From positions 5,728,001 to 5,792,000 of the forward strand of contig OZ244207.1 in assembly GCA_965216875.1 (NCBI GenBank): a DNA stretch of 64,000 nt. The letters are read 5' to 3'. How positions within the stretch are numbered: position 1 is the stretch's first letter; every line of letters starts with the position of its first letter. The notes beneath the pieces are model-generated. The model saw only the letters and a list, made by a program, of their open reading frames with translations. It was not told the DNA's origin and searched no databases. Shown here one piece after another: positions 59,918 through 64,000 of the stretch. This DNA comes from Rubripirellula sp. GTDB taxonomy: Bacteria > Planctomycetota > Planctomycetia > Pirellulales > Pirellulaceae. The position numbers and the translations under genes are program-made.

Positions 59918-60516
59918 GACAGGCCCTCCTCGATTTCGTTGACAACTGCGCGCAACCGTGCCAGAACACGAGACCGCGTCACATAGACCGAACCGATCGA
60001 TTTGCCAGTTCGTTCAGCGACGTCTTCGGCGGCACAGCCATCAATGACGGTCAACGCGAACGTCTGCCAAGCCTGTTCACTCACCTCATCGCGAACACGC
60101 CCGGCAGCTCGACGAAAAACCTCGCGACGATGCTCCCACTCAATCTCGCGTTCAATCGCCGCTTCCCCGTCAGGACATTGGCGCAAGAGGTCCATCACGG
60201 AAGTCCCACCCCCCGCAACATCCTTGGGTCGCCTGGTCAACGCATTGATGGTCGCGTTCTTGGTCACGCGTCGAAGCCAGTGACGAAAGCGAACCTCCGG
60301 ATTGGATCGCTGCCAATTGGGGATCGCCGAAGCAACCGCCATCAAAACGTGTTGCGCCAGATCCTGTGCATCGGCATCCTGCAGCCCCCGACCACGTGCT
60401 AGCCGATAGATCACCGGCCGATACAAAAGCGAAAACTCTTGCCACGCAGCAGCGTCATGCGGGTCCCTCAACCGCACAAGCAAACTGTCTCGAGTTTCCG
60501 GAATCTCAGCCACCAA
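59914..60516 (-). CDS. ECF sigma-70 factor
   Basis: TRDSLL.RL, AWQEF..LYRP, DAQDLAQ, FRHWL, VYVTRSRV; ATGA overlap with the kinase. Confidence 0.92.
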   Translation of the reverse strand: MVAEIPETRDSLLVRLRDPHDAAAWQEFSLLYRPVIYRLARGRGLQDADAQDLAQHVLMAVASAIPNWQRSNPEVRFRHWLRRVTKNATINALTRRPKDVAGGGTSVMDLLRQCPDGEAAIEREIEWEHRREVFRRAAGRVRDEVSEQAWQTFALTVIDGCAAEDVAERTGKSIGSVYVTRSRVLARLRAVVNEIEEGLS

Positions 60517-60663
60517 TTGTCCCTCCGCCGATAGAACACACCCGCCGCTCCATTCTTACAGGAAATTTTCGAAAAAGGTCGATTCCCAATCGGCTAACAT
60601 GGCAATTCCTCCCACAAACCGTTTGTGCCTGCCCTGCCCCCTCCCGCCACCGAGAGTCGCATC

Positions 60664-63012
60664 ATGCGAGCTTACCTCTCCGTCGTCGCCACGTTGTTGG
60701 TCTGTTTCGCAGCTGTCCGAGGCGATGCGTCCGAGCCACTTCCCGGAACGGAACCTCTTACCGAATCCAAACCACTTGATGTCGTGATGGTCGAAGGGAT
60801 CGACCGACACGCGCTACGCGAAATCGAAAACGCGAAAGTGCTTCGGGATTCACACTGGAATCGCGACTACACCACGACCGAAGCGTATGACGCAAGCATC
60901 ACCGAGAACCGAAAGCGACTGGCCCAAACGATCGGCGCAGTTGACGAGCGAGTCTCAGCAAGAGGACTTCACTTCAACGCCACCACGACGGCGCCTTCGT
61001 TGGTCGCTGAAAACGAGCAACTCGAGGTCCATTCCGTTTCGTGGCCGGTCTTTCAAGGAGCCATGCTTGGCGGAGTGCGGGGCGAGGGACTCTTTCTAAA
61101 GCCCAAGAAGGACTGCGTCGCTCGCGTCATTGCGATCCCCGATGCCGATTGGACACCGGAGATGGTCGCGGGGCTTGCCGAAAGCCCTTCCTCGTTCGCA
61201 CTGCAGCTCGCGGCGTTCGGTTGCGAAGTGATTGTGCCAACGCTCGTCAATCGCGAAGACACCTTTTCCGTGAACGATGCAATCGGACGCAAAACGAACC
61301 AACCTCATCGTGAGTTTGTTTATCGGCAAGCTTTCGAAGTCGGTCGCCACATCATTGGATATGAAGTCCAAAAGACACTTGCCGCGGTGGATCAATTCGA
61401 ACTGCGCAACAAGACTTCAGGCAATCCGTTGCCCATTGTGGTTCTAGGCGTTGGCGAAGGCGGCTTGTTAGCACTCTACAGTTCGGCCTTGGATTCACGA
61501 ATCGACGGCACCGTCGTGAGTGGGTATTTCGATAACCGCGACAAGGTTTGGTCTGAACCGATCTACCGAAACGTATGGCGATTGTTGCAAGAGTTTGGTG
61601 ATGCTGAAATCGCAAGCATGATCGCGCCGCGCAAACTGTTGATCGAAGTCAGTCCGAACATCGACATAATCGAAGGACCACCACCGGTGCGTGACGGTCG
61701 ACGCGGCGCAGCTCCGGGGGTCATTGGAAACCTCGATCGCGAAAGCGTCATGGCCGAGTTCCATCGAGCTGCGAAGCACTACACCAAGCTTGGGCGTTCC
61801 AACGACATCGGTACGATCGGTGTCGACGGGCAAAAACCACTCACCCCAGAGACGATCACCGAAGCGTTCAACGTCCTACTTGGTGACAAAAAGAGAACTC
61901 CCAACGCGTTACCTGTTGAAGATCAACGAACCGCCTTCTCTGCAGATGCACGGCAGCATCGCCAAGTAATGCAGTTGGTCCAACACGTCCAACGTGTACT
62001 TGCGCTCTGTCACCGCACCCGAGACCACGTGTTCGCTGGTTCGGACAACTCGAATATCGAAACTTGGACAGCAACTTCCACGCAGCTTCGTGACCACGTA
62101 CACGAGGAATTGATCGGACGTTTGCCAACGCCCACGATTGATGCCAATCCGCGGACCCGAAAGATCCTTGATGAATCGCAATACGCGGGTTACGAAGTGG
62201 TCCTTGATGTCTACCCCGATGTCATCGCCAGCGGAATCTTGCTACTGCCCAAAGATCTTCAAGCAAACGAAAAACGCCCCGTCGTGGTTTGCCAACACGG
62301 TCTTGAGGGCACACCGATGGACACGATCAGCAACGAGCCGCGTTCCTCGCGCGCCTACAAGTCATTTAGTGCCGAATTGGCCAGGCGAGGCTTCATTGTT
62401 TACGCACCGCAAAACCCCTACCGAGGCTTGGACGCGTTTCGAACGCTCCAGCGCAAGTCGAATCCAGTCGGTCGGTCACTCTTTAGTTACATCACCGCAC
62501 AGCACCTGGTGACGCTCCGCTGGTTGAGCTCCATTCCCCTTGTCGATCGAGACAGGATCGCGTTCTACGGTCTTTCTTACGGCGGAAAAACAGCGATGCG
62601 AGTTCCCGCGTTACTGCCACCAACCGAAGACGAACCTGGTTACTGCCTTTCCATTTGCAGCGCCGACTTCAATGAATGGGTCGCAAAGAACGCTTCTTAC
62701 GATGCTCGCGTCAGCTATCTATGGACAGGCGAGTACGAGATCTTTGAATGGAATATGGGACACATTGCCAACTACGCAGAACTTGCCAAACTGATGTCGC
62801 CGCGCCCCTTCATGGTCGAACGGGGCCACGATGACGGTGTTGGGCTCGACGAGTGGGTCGCGTGGGAATACGCCAAAGTTCGTCGTCACTACACGAAACT
62901 CGGAATCGGCAACCGGACGCAAATCGAGTTTTTCGACGGACCTCACTCCATCAATGGCGACGGAACCTACCGATTCCTACATCACCACCTGCGGTGGCCC
63001 ACGATTCGCTAG
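60664..63012 (+). CDS. Secreted tandem alpha/beta hydrolase (dienelactone hydrolase/abhydrolase-like)
   Basis: Signal peptide; VVCQHGLEG, FYGLSYGGK nucleophile elbow, C-terminal FDGPH. Confidence 0.85.
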   Translation: MRAYLSVVATLLVCFAAVRGDASEPLPGTEPLTESKPLDVVMVEGIDRHALREIENAKVLRDSHWNRDYTTTEAYDASITENRKRLAQTIGAVDERVSARGLHFNATTTAPSLVAENEQLEVHSVSWPVFQGAMLGGVRGEGLFLKPKKDCVARVIAIPDADWTPEMVAGLAESPSSFALQLAAFGCEVIVPTLVNREDTFSVNDAIGRKTNQPHREFVYRQAFEVGRHIIGYEVQKTLAAVDQFELRNKTSGNPLPIVVLGVGEGGLLALYSSALDSRIDGTVVSGYFDNRDKVWSEPIYRNVWRLLQEFGDAEIASMIAPRKLLIEVSPNIDIIEGPPPVRDGRRGAAPGVIGNLDRESVMAEFHRAAKHYTKLGRSNDIGTIGVDGQKPLTPETITEAFNVLLGDKKRTPNALPVEDQRTAFSADARQHRQVMQLVQHVQRVLALCHRTRDHVFAGSDNSNIETWTATSTQLRDHVHEELIGRLPTPTIDANPRTRKILDESQYAGYEVVLDVYPDVIASGILLLPKDLQANEKRPVVVCQHGLEGTPMDTISNEPRSSRAYKSFSAELARRGFIVYAPQNPYRGLDAFRTLQRKSNPVGRSLFSYITAQHLVTLRWLSSIPLVDRDRIAFYGLSYGGKTAMRVPALLPPTEDEPGYCLSICSADFNEWVAKNASYDARVSYLWTGEYEIFEWNMGHIANYAELAKLMSPRPFMVERGHDDGVGLDEWVAWEYAKVRRHYTKLGIGNRTQIEFFDGPHSINGDGTYRFLHHHLRWPTIR

Positions 63013-63028
63013 GAGGCTGTGATTTTTG

Positions 63029-63108
63029 TTAGACGCACGCGTTAACGTCGGGCTCCTCTGAGGGGCGCAGGACGTATGCAAGGCCCGACGCTAGCGCGTT
63101 CGGCTCAC
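63029..63108. repeat. Family E doublet
   Basis: aaggcccgacgctagcgcgttcggctcac at 63080-63108 is identical to 26662-26690; degenerate inverted partner at 63037-63053. Confidence 0.75.
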
Positions 63109-63152
63109 GAATTCACAGCCGATAAGTAAACGAAACGACAAGGACGACAGCG

Positions 63153-64000
63153 ATGACGCAATCGGATGCAAGCCGGGCATTTCTCGATCAAGTCTTGGCC
63201 AGCCCCGACGACAATGTGCCTCGACTGATCTACGCCGACTATCTCGAAGAAGTGGGCGACCCGCGCGGTGAGTTCATTCGCCTGCAATGTGAATTGGACG
63301 AACTCGATGCTCTCGATGAAAACTACATTGACGGCTCGCATCGGTGCGACGAACTGCTTTACGAGCATCGCGAGCAGTGGGCGGCTGAACTCAAGCAGGA
63401 TGTTCGCAAAGCGGAATTTGCACGAGGCTTTATCGACAAGATCACGATTCGTGCACGCGTCTTTATCAAAGAAGCGGATCAACTTTATCGAACAACGCCC
63501 GTCAACTGGCTTCGCTTCAACTATGTCAAAGGGGCTGGCATTCCACTGGCCGCTACCGAAGCGCTCAGCAACGTTCGGTCCCTCGATTTGGGCGGATTGG
63601 TCATTCCCGATGATGACCTCGGTGCGCTACTTACCTCACCCCATTTGAACCAAATGACAGCCCTGCGTCTGGCACACTACGACGCGGCGTTCAGCAACGT
63701 GATCGGAAAAACGCTCGGCGAGATGCCGTCGACCCAGGTTTTGAAACACCTTGCGATCCCGGCCGGGTCCGAATTCCTCGACTCCGTGGGATCGACCGAC
63801 GGGTTCCCTGAACTTGAACGTCTTGAAATCTACGACTCGTACAACGAAGGAAGCATCGCGGGTTTGGCAAAGTTCAAAGTCCCCAAACTCAAGAAGCTAA
63901 AAGTCCGTGTACCGATGACCTTTGCGCACACCAAGAACGTCTGCGCTTTGCCGGTACATCAACTGACCGATCTGGATCTCGAATCGTCACAACTACCTGC
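63153..64000 (+). CDS. TIGR02996 (repeat-companion) domain protein with leucine-rich repeats (3' truncated; absent from the ORF track)
   Basis: MTQSDASRAFLDQVLASPDDNVPRLIYADYLEEVGDPRGEFIRLQC...FARGF...VRSLDL...LTSPHL; frame open to the window end. Confidence 0.88.
   Translation, partial: MTQSDASRAFLDQVLASPDDNVPRLIYADYLEEVGDPRGEFIRLQCELDELDALDENYIDGSHRCDELLYEHREQWAAELKQDVRKAEFARGFIDKITIRARVFIKEADQLYRTTPVNWLRFNYVKGAGIPLAATEALSNVRSLDLGGLVIPDDDLGALLTSPHLNQMTALRLAHYDAAFSNVIGKTLGEMPSTQVLKHLAIPAGSEFLDSVGSTDGFPELERLEIYDSYNEGSIAGLAKFKVPKLKKLKVRVPMTFAHTKNVCALPVHQLTDLDLESSQLP

Noticed and set aside
60520..60580. Possible ECF autoregulatory promoter (minus strand tgtaag...gtgttcta after an A/T tract); a similar A/T-tract region lies at 8050-8110
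   Set aside because: Single instances with no second copy from which to define a motif

Overview
Chromosomal, non-mobile region of a GC-rich bacterium that is almost certainly a planctomycete (Pirellulaceae-like). The markers are two DUF1549/DUF1553 + DUF1501 operons, four sulfatases, two PQQ-like beta-propellers, two DUF1080 domains, three ECF sigma factors (two paired with Ser/Thr kinases) and a TIGR02996 protein. Housekeeping genes include a HemD domain, mobA, moeA, a class II DAHP synthase and an alkyltransferase-like protein. I found no rRNA, tRNA, CRISPR array, transposase or prophage. Most notable: (1) a membrane-anchored ECF sigma factor with a His/Asp/Glu/Arg-rich tail; (2) two ECF-kinase modules that appear wired differently (phospho-acceptor type versus ZAS-kinase type); (3) an orphan C-terminal fragment of a PafA/Dop (Pup ligase)-like gene; (4) a dense mosaic of several REP/REPIN-like palindrome families, some supplying gene stop codons, including a 179-bp tandem duplication; (5) an overlapping small-ORF/nucleotidyltransferase pair; (6) a tandem ferritin-like protein and several pseudo-enzyme domains. 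All product calls come from motif recognition by eye; no database search was run.
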